Origin: Rhodospirillaceae bacterium | GTDB lineage: Bacteria > Pseudomonadota > Gammaproteobacteria > Steroidobacterales > Rariloculaceae | Length of the DNA: 64,000 bases | Reading direction: 5' to 3' | Assembly (NCBI GenBank): GCA_024638465.1 | Contig: JAHEKF010000007.1 | Location: 7,729 to 71,728, forward strand | Shown: in pieces, positions 18,218 through 26,864 of the stretch | Layout of the letters: each line of letters begins with the position of its first letter | Position numbering within the stretch: position 1 is the first letter of the stretch | Made by a program: the position numbers and the translations under genes | The notes under the pieces: generated by a model | Told to the model about the DNA's origin: nothing | Databases searched by the model: none | Seen by the model: the letters and a program-made list of their open reading frames with translations, nothing else

Positions 18218-19954
18218 ATGAGGGTTCTCTTGATTGAGGACGACAATGACGACGCCACATTTCTGCAGGCGTCTTTACGTCGTCAAGGCGCGCAATCGGT
18301 CGATCTGGTCCGGGTCGAATCGATGGCGGATGCTATTGTCAATCTCCGTCAGAATCCGTTCGATATCGTTCTGCTTGACCTGAATCTCCCGGACTCAACG
18401 GGGCACGACTCCGTCCATCGCGTCCAGAGCACCGACCCGTCCGTTCCCATCATCGTGTTGAGCGGTGACGAGAACGAAGAATTCGCCATCGAGATCCTGA
18501 ACCGGGGCGTGCAGGACTATCTCGTTAAGTGGGAAGGGGACGGGCGCACGATTCTACGTTCCATCCGTTACGCAGTAGAGCGAAAACGAGGCGAAGAACG
18601 CCTCAGCTTCCTTGCCCAATACGATTCGTTGACCGAAATACCGAATCGGCGGCACTTCACCGACCAACTCGAGCGCGCCACCACGCGGGCACGTCGCAGC
18701 AACAAGAGAATCGGTGTTCTTTTCCTCGACCTCGATCGTTTCAAGGCGGTCAACGATACGCTCGGGCACCAATCAGGCGACGAACTGCTCAGCATGGTCG
18801 TCGAGCGATTGAAGACCTGCGTGAGAAGCGGCGATTTGCTGGCCCGTCTCGGCGGCGACGAATTCGCGGTCATGCTGGAAGATGTCGATGGGCCACTCTC
18901 AATCGAAGCGGCGGCGAAAAACATCCTCACCGCTTTCGAGAAACCGTTCCAGGTCGGGCCGCGGCAAGTCTCGACGACCACGAGCATCGGGATCACCGTG
19001 TTTCCGAACGACACCGGCGATCCGATGGCGTTGCTGAACAACGCAGACCTGGCGATGTATCAGGCCAAGGAAGACGGCCGTAACAATTTCAAGTTCTTCG
19101 AGCAGCGTATGCATGAGGAGATCCTGGCATATCACCAGATCGAGACTGATCTCGGAAAAGCACTCGCGCGCGACGAATTTACTCTGGTCTATCAGCCGCA
19201 GATCGGGTTGGCGGACAACAAGATTCATGCTCTGGAAGCGTTGCTGCGCTGGAATCACCCTGAACGCGGTCTGGTCCTGCCCGGCGAGTTCATCTCCGTT
19301 GCCGAAGAGAGCGGGCATATCGTACCGATGGGTATGTGGGTGCTGGAGCGGGTCTGCAAGCAGCTCAAGGATTGGGAGCGTCGCGCAATGCCGCTGCTTC
19401 GAGTCGCCGTCAACGTCGCGCCGGCGAGTCTCGATCAGCCGGATTTCCATCGCAACGTCGAGGCGATAATCGGTCGCTACGGCGTCGATCCTCAGCTCAT
19501 TGATCTCGAACTCACCGAAGGTACCTTGATGCGCAATTCCGACGCGATTCAGGAAACGCTGCGCTATCTGAAAATGATCGGCGTACGGATTTCAGTCGAC
19601 GACTTCGGTACCGGACATTCCTGCCTTAATTATCTTCGCCAGTTTCCGATCGATGTTCTGAAGATCGATCGTAGTTTCGTCATGGATCTCGGGCGTAATG
19701 AGCACGGAACAGCGATCTGCGGGCTGGTCCTCTCAATCGCCCGCAGCCTGAGCCTCGAGGTTGTCGCCGAGGGTGTAGAGAACGAAACGCAACTCGCATT
19801 CCTGGCCAAGCACAACTGCGACTACGTGCAAGGTCAGCATTTCAGCATGCCGGTAAAACCCGAGGAGCTGCCCGACCTTTACCGCATTCGGGGCACGACC
19901 AATGACCGCGGACACCTTAGCGAGAGCGAAGTCGTTAAGGCCTTATCGATCTGA
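18218..19954 (+). CDS. Response-regulator receiver / GGDEF / EAL protein (c-di-GMP turnover)
   Basis: MRVLLIEDD...DIVLLDLNLPD receiver, RLGGDEFAVML (intact GGDEF), ALEALLRW (EAL), and DDFGTG...KIDRSF. Confidence 0.9.
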   Translation: MRVLLIEDDNDDATFLQASLRRQGAQSVDLVRVESMADAIVNLRQNPFDIVLLDLNLPDSTGHDSVHRVQSTDPSVPIIVLSGDENEEFAIEILNRGVQDYLVKWEGDGRTILRSIRYAVERKRGEERLSFLAQYDSLTEIPNRRHFTDQLERATTRARRSNKRIGVLFLDLDRFKAVNDTLGHQSGDELLSMVVERLKTCVRSGDLLARLGGDEFAVMLEDVDGPLSIEAAAKNILTAFEKPFQVGPRQVSTTTSIGITVFPNDTGDPMALLNNADLAMYQAKEDGRNNFKFFEQRMHEEILAYHQIETDLGKALARDEFTLVYQPQIGLADNKIHALEALLRWNHPERGLVLPGEFISVAEESGHIVPMGMWVLERVCKQLKDWERRAMPLLRVAVNVAPASLDQPDFHRNVEAIIGRYGVDPQLIDLELTEGTLMRNSDAIQETLRYLKMIGVRISVDDFGTGHSCLNYLRQFPIDVLKIDRSFVMDLGRNEHGTAICGLVLSIARSLSLEVVAEGVENETQLAFLAKHNCDYVQGQHFSMPVKPEELPDLYRIRGTTNDRGHLSESEVVKALSI

Positions 19955-20011
19955 TCGGCTGCCAGGTCGATGAACTATACGAAACGGTGACGAGGCCACG
20001 GAGGCGATATC

Positions 20012-20431
20012 ATGCCGACGAATCGGGAAGTAGGCATCCTGCTTGTCGAAAGCGACGAAAGCGACGTCAAAGCCGTGCAAAAGGCCTTCAGGAAACTCAA
20101 GCGAGTAAACCCGGTGACTGTCGCAAAGGATGGTATTGAGGGTTGGGCTGCGCTACAAGGCATGAAGCGGCCGTTCCTGATTCTTCTCGATGTCAGCCTG
20201 CCGCGAATGGATGGTCTCGAACTGCTGCGAATGATCCGCCATGACGAGAAACTCCACGATACGATCGTCTTCGTGCTCACAAACTCGACCAACGAAAAAG
20301 ACAAAATTGAAGCCTATAATCTCAACGTTGCCGGCTACATGCGGAAGTCGGAGACGGGAACGAGCTTCATTCGCGCGATCGAGATGGTCGAGCAGTACCG
20401 GAAAGTTATCGAATTTCCCGACGACAATTAG
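20012..20431 (+). CDS. Single-domain CheY-like response regulator
   Basis: 139 aa with ILLVESDE...ILLDVSLPRMDG...GYMRKS receiver motifs. Confidence 0.85.
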   Translation: MPTNREVGILLVESDESDVKAVQKAFRKLKRVNPVTVAKDGIEGWAALQGMKRPFLILLDVSLPRMDGLELLRMIRHDEKLHDTIVFVLTNSTNEKDKIEAYNLNVAGYMRKSETGTSFIRAIEMVEQYRKVIEFPDDN

Positions 20432-20511
20432 GCGTCGTTTTCTTTTCGGATCGGCATCTCGGATAATCGGTCACGTCTAATTCTCCGGGCGGCCAAAATG
20501 CCGCTTTATGC

Positions 20512-20646
20512 ATGTTTGGTTTGCCGCTAAGTACGACGCTGCTCGTATTCGGGTTCCCGGTTATCTGGATCGTATACACGATCGGCTTCCTCTATGTCTC
20601 GCGTGACTGGGTCGACAGCGACGACAGTCAGGACGGTAGCGCGTGA
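20512..20646 (+). CDS. Small (44 aa) hydrophobic protein preceding and overlapping the SSS transporter gene (DUF3311/YhdT-like position)
   Basis: My own translation: MFGLPLSTTLLVFGFPVIWIVYTIGFLYVSRDWVDSDDSQDGSA. It has one TM segment and an acidic tail. Its TGA overlaps the GTG start of the next gene (GTGA). It is below the ORF-track size cut-off. Confidence 0.5.
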   Translation: MFGLPLSTTLLVFGFPVIWIVYTIGFLYVSRDWVDSDDSQDGSA

Positions 20647-22121
20647 ATACGACCGCCGTTCTCTTTCTTGGCATCTATTTCTCGATTGTGCTCGGGATCG
20701 GCATCTGGTCGATGCGCATCGGCGCCGGCAAGGACCTCGAGGGGTATCTGCTCGGCGGTCGCCGCGTTGGCCCTCTGGTTACTGCGTTGACGTTGCAGAG
20801 CACGTCGATGAGCGGCTACATGTTTCTGGGCGCTGGAGCGCTCGGCTTCGCAGAGGGTTACTGGGCGCTTTGGTATGCAGCCGGTGACATCGGTGGCGGC
20901 GTATTGAATCTGTCCGTGATTGGGCGACGAATGCGCAAGTTTTCGCAGCTGCTGACTTCACTGACGTCAATCGAATACCTGGAGAAGCGCTACCCATCCG
21001 CGGCCGTTCGGGCAATCGCGGGCACGCTGACGGTGTTTCTTCTCGGCTGCTACGTCCTCGCTCAGTTCATCGCCGGCGGGAAAGGACTCGAGCTCGTTAC
21101 AGGCGTGCCCTACTGGCTCGCGCTGCTGATTGCGGTCAGCATTATCCTGCTCTACACGCTGCTGGGCGGTTATCTCGCCGTCGCCTATACGGATGCGCTA
21201 CAGAGTGTGGTGATGCTGATCGGGATTGGCTGGATTCTTATCGCGGCCCTGATCGAACTCGGTGGATTGACGGCGGCGAACGAATCGATTCGCAGCATCG
21301 ATTCCACGCTGTTGTCCGTCTGGGGCCGGGGGCTCGGCTATGAAGGTGAGTGGGGTATCGTGCTGGGCGCGGTGCTGATTTTCTCGGTCGGCTACATGGG
21401 CTGGCCGCATGTCGTCACGAGACATCTCGCGATGCGGCGTCCCGCGACGGCGCGACAGGCCGGCGCCTATGCGACGGGATGGAACCTGCTGTTCGTCTCG
21501 ACTCCTTATATTCTCGGAATTCTCGCGATCGTCATTCTCCCGGATCTGGACGATCCCGAGCTTGCGATCATGCGGCTGGCGGAGAATCTGCTGCCTGCCG
21601 CCGTGACGGGCGTTGTCATGGCTGCCATCATGGCTGCGATCATGTCGACTGCGGACTCGCTGCTCCTGCAGACCGGCACGGTCGCATCACGCGACCTCTA
21701 CCAGCGGTTCCTGAATCCCGGCGCAACCGAGCGGCAAATGGTGCGGGTGTCTCGCATCCTCGTGCTCGCAATTGGCGTCATCGGTTATTACATTGCACTT
21801 AGCGAGCCTCCGACTGTCTTTAGTATCGTGGTATTTGCAACTTCTGTTCTCGGTAGTGCGTTTCTGCCCGCCTATGTATGCGCCGTCTGGTGGCGAAAAG
21901 CGAACACGCCGGGGGCTCTCGGATCGATGATCGCGGGCGCGTCCATCGCGTTCGCCTGGGAGCCGCTCGCGCTCGTCGAGTCGACAGGATGGCACCCGAT
22001 GCTTGCAGGTGTATTCGGGTCTACTATCGTCATGATCGTCGTCAGCCTCGCTACCCAGGAGCGCTCGCCCGTGCCCGCCGAAATTCTTGCGGCGATGGAC
22101 GAAGCGGCACGCGTGCGATAG
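20643..22121 (+). CDS. Sodium:solute symporter (SSS/SSF) family transporter
   Basis: 492-aa polytopic protein with GYLLGGR...G, YTLLGG..AVAYTD and MSTADS motifs. Confidence 0.85.
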   Translation: MNTTAVLFLGIYFSIVLGIGIWSMRIGAGKDLEGYLLGGRRVGPLVTALTLQSTSMSGYMFLGAGALGFAEGYWALWYAAGDIGGGVLNLSVIGRRMRKFSQLLTSLTSIEYLEKRYPSAAVRAIAGTLTVFLLGCYVLAQFIAGGKGLELVTGVPYWLALLIAVSIILLYTLLGGYLAVAYTDALQSVVMLIGIGWILIAALIELGGLTAANESIRSIDSTLLSVWGRGLGYEGEWGIVLGAVLIFSVGYMGWPHVVTRHLAMRRPATARQAGAYATGWNLLFVSTPYILGILAIVILPDLDDPELAIMRLAENLLPAAVTGVVMAAIMAAIMSTADSLLLQTGTVASRDLYQRFLNPGATERQMVRVSRILVLAIGVIGYYIALSEPPTVFSIVVFATSVLGSAFLPAYVCAVWWRKANTPGALGSMIAGASIAFAWEPLALVESTGWHPMLAGVFGSTIVMIVVSLATQERSPVPAEILAAMDEAARVR

Positions 22122-22146
22122 CGAATGGTGAGCCTGCATAGTTCGG

Positions 22147-22240
22147 CGAGCGTCGTAGACGAGGAGCGTGCCATGGACGGCCTAAAGCGACGAGGACACG
22201 ATTCGAGCCGAGACACGGACGTCGAGGCGAGATTAAGCGG
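22147..22240 (+). repeat. Copy B of a ~94-nt intergenic repeat core (also at 33057-33150)
   Basis: Near-identical string cgagcgtcgtagacgaggagcgtgccatggacggc...cgacgaggacacgattcgag.cgagacacggacgtcgag.cgagattaag at both sites. Confidence 0.85.
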
Positions 22241-23495
22241 AGTCGAACTATGCAGGCTCGCTATTTGCGTCCTGATGATTACTGCGCCGTTAGCACATGC
22301 GCAGCCGTTTACGTTCGACAGCTCAATTCGTACGCGCTATGAGTCGAGACAGGATTTCGATTTCTCGGGCGGCGATCAGACGTACCTCTTGACCCAGGTA
22401 CGGCTCGACTTCGGCTATCGCCTGAGCGAGCAATCGAACGTCTTCGTCCAGCTGCAGGACGCGCGCGTTTTCGGCGAAAGCCGGACCGCTTCTCCGCCGG
22501 TCAACGACTCGGCCGTTCCCAACATCTTCGTCGACAAGCTCGATTTTCATCAGGCCTTCTTCGAGCATGACTTCGGTTCGGTGTCGTTGCGCGCCGGAAG
22601 GCAGAAGTTCGACCTGGCGGATTACCGGCTCGTAGGTGCCCGGGAGTGGGTCAATACGGCGCGTGTTTTCGATGGCATCCGGTTCACGATCGATGCCGGC
22701 GAGTCGCGCGAAATCGACGTGTTCTTCAGTCGTCCTGTAGCCGTCGATCCGGATAGTCTGAACGACCAGGCGAGGATCGGCGATCGCTACGCCGACAGCG
22801 ATTTTCATGGCGTTATGGTCGGCGAAGGCCGCGGGACAGATCGACAACTCGAATACTGGTATCTCTATCGCGGTAATGGCGATTTCGGCGACCGGGTAAG
22901 CACGATCGGTGCGCGAGCTGTCCGGCAACGAACGCCGTGGCGTTTCGAGCTACAGGGGTCGTTTCAGTTCGGCGACTTCGATGGACTCGATCACAGCGCA
23001 GCGATGCTGCATGCCAGCGTCACGCGTGAGCTCGCCACGGGAAACTGGATTGCTTCTTATAGCTACGGTAGCGGCGATGGCGACCCCAACGACGGCGATC
23101 ACGGGACATTCGACATTCTCTACCCCCGAATGCACCCGTTCTACGGTGATATGGATCTGTTCGCATTGCAGAATCTTCATGATATCGAGGTGGCCTACTC
23201 GCGGCCGCTCACCGACCGGTTCAGCGTGCGCGCTTCCGTCCATGGTTTCTGGCTCGACGAGGCGGAGAGCGACGCCTGGTACAACGCCGGTCGCGCGCCC
23301 ACAAGGCGCGCGGTCGGCAGTGCCGACAGCTACGTCGGCAGCGAACTCGATCTGACGGCGACGTTCGCGATGGTCCCGGGAAAACTCACGCTGGTTGCGG
23401 GCCTCAGCCGTTTCTTCGGCGGCGGTTACCTCAACGACACCGGCGCCGGCGGCGACGCGGACTTCTTTTTTCTGCAGCTCAGCTACAGCCCTTAG
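22173..23495 (+). CDS. Outer-membrane beta-barrel of the alginate-export (AlgE-like) porin family
   Basis: Signal peptide ...VLMITAPLAHA|QPF, then FDSSIRTRYESRQDFDF...YLLTQVRLDFGY...VFVQLQDARVFGE, which is typical of this family. The only in-frame ATG giving a usable signal peptide lies inside repeat copy B, so the start is uncertain. Confidence 0.65.
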   Translation: MDGLKRRGHDSSRDTDVEARLSGVELCRLAICVLMITAPLAHAQPFTFDSSIRTRYESRQDFDFSGGDQTYLLTQVRLDFGYRLSEQSNVFVQLQDARVFGESRTASPPVNDSAVPNIFVDKLDFHQAFFEHDFGSVSLRAGRQKFDLADYRLVGAREWVNTARVFDGIRFTIDAGESREIDVFFSRPVAVDPDSLNDQARIGDRYADSDFHGVMVGEGRGTDRQLEYWYLYRGNGDFGDRVSTIGARAVRQRTPWRFELQGSFQFGDFDGLDHSAAMLHASVTRELATGNWIASYSYGSGDGDPNDGDHGTFDILYPRMHPFYGDMDLFALQNLHDIEVAYSRPLTDRFSVRASVHGFWLDEAESDAWYNAGRAPTRRAVGSADSYVGSELDLTATFAMVPGKLTLVAGLSRFFGGGYLNDTGAGGDADFFFLQLSYSP

Positions 23496-23768
23496 CGCCG
23501 TTATCCGCACCGTGTCACAGATTAAACTTTCTTTAAGACGGAACGTTTCCATCTCAAGGTAATCTCTGATTAAATCTCGCCTCGGCGGCGAGCCCCGTCT
23601 GCGTGGGACGACAATGACGGCAAGGGCGCAATAGCCGCCCGCCGAGATCGGAGATACTCCGATCGGGAGCTCATTCAGGGCGAACCCGTCGTGTTCGACG
23701 GGCCGGCACGACCTCATACGGCCTCTGAAACCGGATGTAGCAATACTGTGGCTGAGCAGACAGATAAT

Positions 23769-25970
23769 GTGAAGAAACAGCTCTCCCGCGCCATCGGGCT
23801 TGGCGTCGCGTTGTGTTGTGGAATAGCAGCCGCTCAGTCGCCGCTGAGTCCTGATCTCGTCCAGCGAAAGATCAGCGAAATCGCCCGGACCTCGACACCA
23901 CCGGTGCTCGACGGCGTTCTCGACGACGCGGCCTGGGCTCAGGCGACGGTCATCGAGGACCTGCACCAGTACGATCCCGTCGATCACGGCGAGCCGACTG
24001 AAGAATCGACTTTCTATTTGCTCTTCGATGACGAGAACATCTATATCGGCGCCCGTCTTCTCGATAGCAATATCGAGCAAATCGATGCGCGGCAGCTGAT
24101 CCAGGATCAATCGGTCGGCGTCGACGACCGCATCGAGATCGTCATCGACCCGTTCAACAACATGCGCACCGGGTACAAGTTTCAGATCAATCCAAACGGA
24201 ATCCGCCGCGACGGAATTTACGAAGGTCCGACGAATGTCAATGAAGACTGGGACGGTATCTGGGCGGCCGAAGCGAAAATCGACGACGAGGGTTGGAGCG
24301 GTGAGATCGCGATACCGTTCAAGACCCTGAACTTCGATCCGGGTAATCCGGACTGGGGCTTCACGGTGGGCCGCGTTATTCCCCGGCGCAACGAGAAGAT
24401 CGCCTGGACCTCATTCAATCGCGACATCAACCCGAGTGCGGCAGGTATCCTGACCGGGTTCTGGGATTTGCAGCAGGGTCTCGGACTCGACGTCGTGCCC
24501 TCTTTGGTGGTTGGAAGCAACCGGGACCATGTGACATCCGTCGACGATTCGTTTTCGGAGCCCTCGCTCGATGCTCGCTATAACTTCACGCCATCGTTGA
24601 CGGGCGTACTGACGCTCAACACCGATTTCTCAGCGACGGAAGTCGACGATCGTCAGGTCAATCTGTCGCGTTTCTCGAACTTCTTTCCCGAAAAGCGTGT
24701 CTTTTTCCTACAGGATGCGGACATCTTCGGCTTCGGGCTCAAGGGAACGGATAACAATAACCGTAACGGTATGCCGTTCTTCTCGCGGCGTATCGGCCTC
24801 AGCGATCGCGGGCAGCCCGTCGATCTGGAGACTGGCGTCAAGGTCACTGGCAGGGCCGGGCGTTTCAATATCGGCGTATTGGGTGTTGCGCAGGGCGGTT
24901 TCGAAGGAAGGAACGGGCCTGTCGATCCGTCCGATCTCTTCGTCGGCCGAATCTCCGCTAACGTGCTCGCAGAATCCAGTGTCGGCATGATCGTGACCGA
25001 CGGCGATCCGCGCTCGAATGTGGGCAATTCGCTCGCCGGTGCGGATTTTCGTTATCGAAACTCGCGACTCCCGTCAGGCCGAATCATCGAAGGAGCGCTG
25101 TGGTTTCAGCAGTCCGACACGGAAGGCGTCGACAGTGACCAGTCCGCCTGGGGATTCCGCTTCGCGACGCCTTCGCAGGACGGTTTCTACGGGACCGCGG
25201 AATATGAGGTCTTCGAGGCCAACTTCAATCCTGCGCTGGGTTTCCTGAACCGCGAGAACGTCGAGCGAAAACGCATCTGGGGTGGTTACCGCTGGCGGCC
25301 GATGGGACATCCCTGGATGCGAACCTACCAGACGTTCGTGTCGTTTCAGGATTTCACGGACAATACGACCGGTGACGTGCAGACGCAGAACGTATTCATC
25401 AGGCCATTTCGCGTGCAGAATCATCGCGGCGACCAGTACGGATTCCTGTTCAGGCACGAACGCGAAGTATTAACTCAGCCGTTCGAGATTTCGGATGGGG
25501 TGGTGATCGCGCCCGGCGACTATTCGTTCAGCGGTTATCGCGCAGAGCTGGAGCTCTCGGGCGAACGCGTCTTCGCTCCGACCATCGAAATCACGAAAGG
25601 CGAGTTCTACGACGGTGACTGGGTTCAGATCGAGAGTTCGTTCGACTGGCGCCCGAGCAGTCGCTGGTTCCTGGGCCTCGGCTATCAATACACGGATGCG
25701 GAGTTGCCAGCGGGTGACTTCACGACGCGGTTGATTCAGTTTCGCGCGAACCTGGCGTTCAACGCGCGCTGGTCCTGGGTGAATCTGATCCAGTACGACA
25801 ATGTGTCGGGTACTGCGGGAATAAATAGCCGGCTTCGATGGAACCCCAGGGCCGGTGAGAACCTCTATATAGTGATGAACCATGAATCCGAGGCGATGGC
25901 CGCGTTTTCCGGACTGGATTCCCGCGCGTCCCAGTTCTCGGTCAAGTACAGTAAGACGTTCCGATTCTAG
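23769..25970 (+). CDS. Large secreted/outer-membrane protein, CBM9-like N-terminal domain plus DUF5916-like barrel
   Basis: Signal peptide VKKQLSRAIGLGVALCCGIAAAQS. LDGVLDDAAWAQA...YLLFDDENIYIGARL...DDRIEIVIDPFNN. Ends KYSKTFRF (aromatic C-terminus). GTG 23769 chosen as the start. Confidence 0.65.
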   Translation: MKKQLSRAIGLGVALCCGIAAAQSPLSPDLVQRKISEIARTSTPPVLDGVLDDAAWAQATVIEDLHQYDPVDHGEPTEESTFYLLFDDENIYIGARLLDSNIEQIDARQLIQDQSVGVDDRIEIVIDPFNNMRTGYKFQINPNGIRRDGIYEGPTNVNEDWDGIWAAEAKIDDEGWSGEIAIPFKTLNFDPGNPDWGFTVGRVIPRRNEKIAWTSFNRDINPSAAGILTGFWDLQQGLGLDVVPSLVVGSNRDHVTSVDDSFSEPSLDARYNFTPSLTGVLTLNTDFSATEVDDRQVNLSRFSNFFPEKRVFFLQDADIFGFGLKGTDNNNRNGMPFFSRRIGLSDRGQPVDLETGVKVTGRAGRFNIGVLGVAQGGFEGRNGPVDPSDLFVGRISANVLAESSVGMIVTDGDPRSNVGNSLAGADFRYRNSRLPSGRIIEGALWFQQSDTEGVDSDQSAWGFRFATPSQDGFYGTAEYEVFEANFNPALGFLNRENVERKRIWGGYRWRPMGHPWMRTYQTFVSFQDFTDNTTGDVQTQNVFIRPFRVQNHRGDQYGFLFRHEREVLTQPFEISDGVVIAPGDYSFSGYRAELELSGERVFAPTIEITKGEFYDGDWVQIESSFDWRPSSRWFLGLGYQYTDAELPAGDFTTRLIQFRANLAFNARWSWVNLIQYDNVSGTAGINSRLRWNPRAGENLYIVMNHESEAMAAFSGLDSRASQFSVKYSKTFRF

Positions 25971-26068
25971 AGGCGCCGCGCGCAAGAGCTTGCGCCGACT
26001 CGCCGCAGGCGTCAGGATGTTTCTCCAATGGCCCGGATCGACCCAAAACTACAGGGGATATTAGAAAG

Positions 26069-26641
26069 ATGAAAAAAGGATTAATCAGTCTGTTTTGCTC
26101 CTTCGTGCTGGCTTTGCCGGCCATCGCTGCGCTGCAGGAAGGCGACGCCGCTCCAGACTTCAATCTGCGAGCTTCCCTCGGAGGCGAGGAATTCGATTTC
26201 TCGCTGGCGGATGCGCGCGCGGAAGGTCCCGTCGTCGTCTACTTCTTTCCGTCCGCGTTCACTCGTGGCTGCAATATTCAGGCGCATGAGTTTGCCGAGA
26301 ATATGGAATCGTTCGAAGCCGCAGGCGCGAGCGTGATCGGCGTATCGCTCGATAGCATCGAGCGCCTCAATGCGTTCGCATCCGATCCGGCGTACTGTGC
26401 CGGCAAGCTGCCGGTTGCGTCGGATCAGGACGGCGCGATCGCGCGTTCGTTCGACCTCGATGTGCGCCCGGAGCGAGATGGCGCTGTCGATACCCGCGGC
26501 GTTGCGATCGATCATGGTTTCGCCGAGCGCGTGACTTTTATCGTTCTTCCGGACGGCACGATCGCCCGGACGATCGGCGAGCTGACCCCGGCGGAAAACG
26601 TGCTGGCCTCTCTGGATACCGTTCAGACGCTGACGCAATAG
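26069..26641 (+). CDS. Secreted peroxiredoxin (AhpC/TSA-Bcp-like redoxin)
   Basis: Signal peptide ...LALPAIAALQ. VVVYFFPSAFTRGCNIQAHEF contains the peroxidatic Cys context. Confidence 0.8.
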   Translation: MKKGLISLFCSFVLALPAIAALQEGDAAPDFNLRASLGGEEFDFSLADARAEGPVVVYFFPSAFTRGCNIQAHEFAENMESFEAAGASVIGVSLDSIERLNAFASDPAYCAGKLPVASDQDGAIARSFDLDVRPERDGAVDTRGVAIDHGFAERVTFIVLPDGTIARTIGELTPAENVLASLDTVQTLTQ

Positions 26642-26670
26642 CGCGCGACGAATTCCCCGCTTAAATCAAT

Positions 26671-26710
26671 CGGATCAGGCCCGCAGACGCGGTTCTGTCG
26701 GCCTGATCCG
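26671..26710 (+). terminator. Possible terminator hairpin after the peroxiredoxin gene
   Basis: An 11-bp perfect stem, cggatcaggcc / ggcctgatccg, around an 18-nt loop. A second GC hairpin lies at 26721-26739 (ccggccc gtttc gggccgg). There is no clear T-tract. Confidence 0.35.
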
Positions 26711-26864
26711 TGAGCGGTCTCCGGCCCGTTTCGGGCCGGGTTCGAAGCGGGATTGGCCCCGGTTTCTGCGTATACCCGCGCCAATCTTGCGGTGATTTAA
26801 TCTGCTTCGCGCGCGTTCGGCACGCGAAATTCCGTATGATCGCCGTGGCTAAACAGGGCTTGGA

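Noticed and set aside
23600-23640. A faint resemblance of gggacgacaatgacggcaagggcgcaatagcc to c-di-GMP-I (GEMM-I) riboswitch motifs, which is tempting given the nearby GGDEF-EAL gene.
   Set aside because: The similarity is only a few nucleotides (GGCAA / CGCAA / AGCC), and I cannot reconstruct the two-hairpin tetraloop/receptor architecture by eye. An Infernal scan would be needed.
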